A DNA stretch of 52,346 nt from a virus (Duplodnaviria > Caudoviricetes). The stretch's first letter is position 1; each line of letters opens with the position of its first letter. Positions 52,156-52,346 of the stretch are shown one piece after another. The notes beneath the pieces were generated by a model that made no database searches, was not told where the DNA came from, and was given only the letters and a program-made list of their open reading frames with translations. Made by a program: the position numbers and the translations under genes. The stretch is from the IMG/VR virus record IMGVR_UViG_3300044708_000075, positions 1 through 52,346 of that record. The stretch is one strand, 5' to 3'.

Positions 52156-52346
52156 ATGGAAAACAATCCTGCCCCGCTCCGCCTCGCTTCCGACAATCCC
52201 AACCCGTGGAACCGACCCGAGGCTTACTCGCCCGAAGCCATCGCCCGCATCCGCGCTCGCCTGAACGGCAAGCCGCGCCATATCCGGATCGGCTTCTTCT
52301 CCACCCTGCGCGACGACTTCCGCGACGTGCTGAGCGAACTCGGCGC
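52156..52346 (+). CDS. 5' part of first early gene (continues at 1..120)
   Basis: MENNPAPLRLASDN.. open through the terminal repeat. Confidence 0.7.
   Translation, partial: MENNPAPLRLASDNPNPWNRPEAYSPEAIARIRARLNGKPRHIRIGFFSTLRDDFRDVLSELG
52315..52346. repeat. Terminal direct repeat, right copy
   Basis: 31/32 identical to 1..32. Confidence 0.9.

Overview
The window is almost certainly a complete, circularly permuted genome (about 52.3 kb, GC-rich) of a temperate long-tailed dsDNA phage. The first and last 32 nt are a direct repeat (1 mismatch) and one ORF reads across the junction. Gene content suggests an alphaproteobacterial host, probably a sphingomonad (inference). Plus strand: early operon (YqaJ exonuclease, RecT, many small accessory genes, Xis, tyrosine integrase) ending at an attP that matches the 3' half of tRNA-Val(TAC). 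Minus strand: cro/cII-like genes, replication (AAA_25 helicase plus iteron-like repeats), terminase, portal, head, neck, tail and lysis. Most notable: (i) a glycan-building module inside the head/neck operon (SAM methyltransferase, a PRTase+HAD protein with the architecture of dual-domain ribofuranosyltransferases, two GT-A glycosyltransferases) just upstream of an RTX-repeat protein and a 915-aa Ser/Thr/Gly/Ala 20-mer repeat protein, i.e. a candidate ribose-containing virion glycosylation system; (ii) 11 copies of a late-promoter motif GA(A/C)CCTACA-N19-TAnnnT, six positioned to give leaderless mRNAs; (iii) an Acb1-like 2H-phosphoesterase fused to the portal; (iv) repeated about 90-nt structured elements in the early accessory region; (v) an unannotated Pro-rich peptide plus membrane protein heading the lysis operon; (vi) free-standing HNH genes with locally recoded neighbours. 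All family calls are from motif recognition by eye, not database searches.
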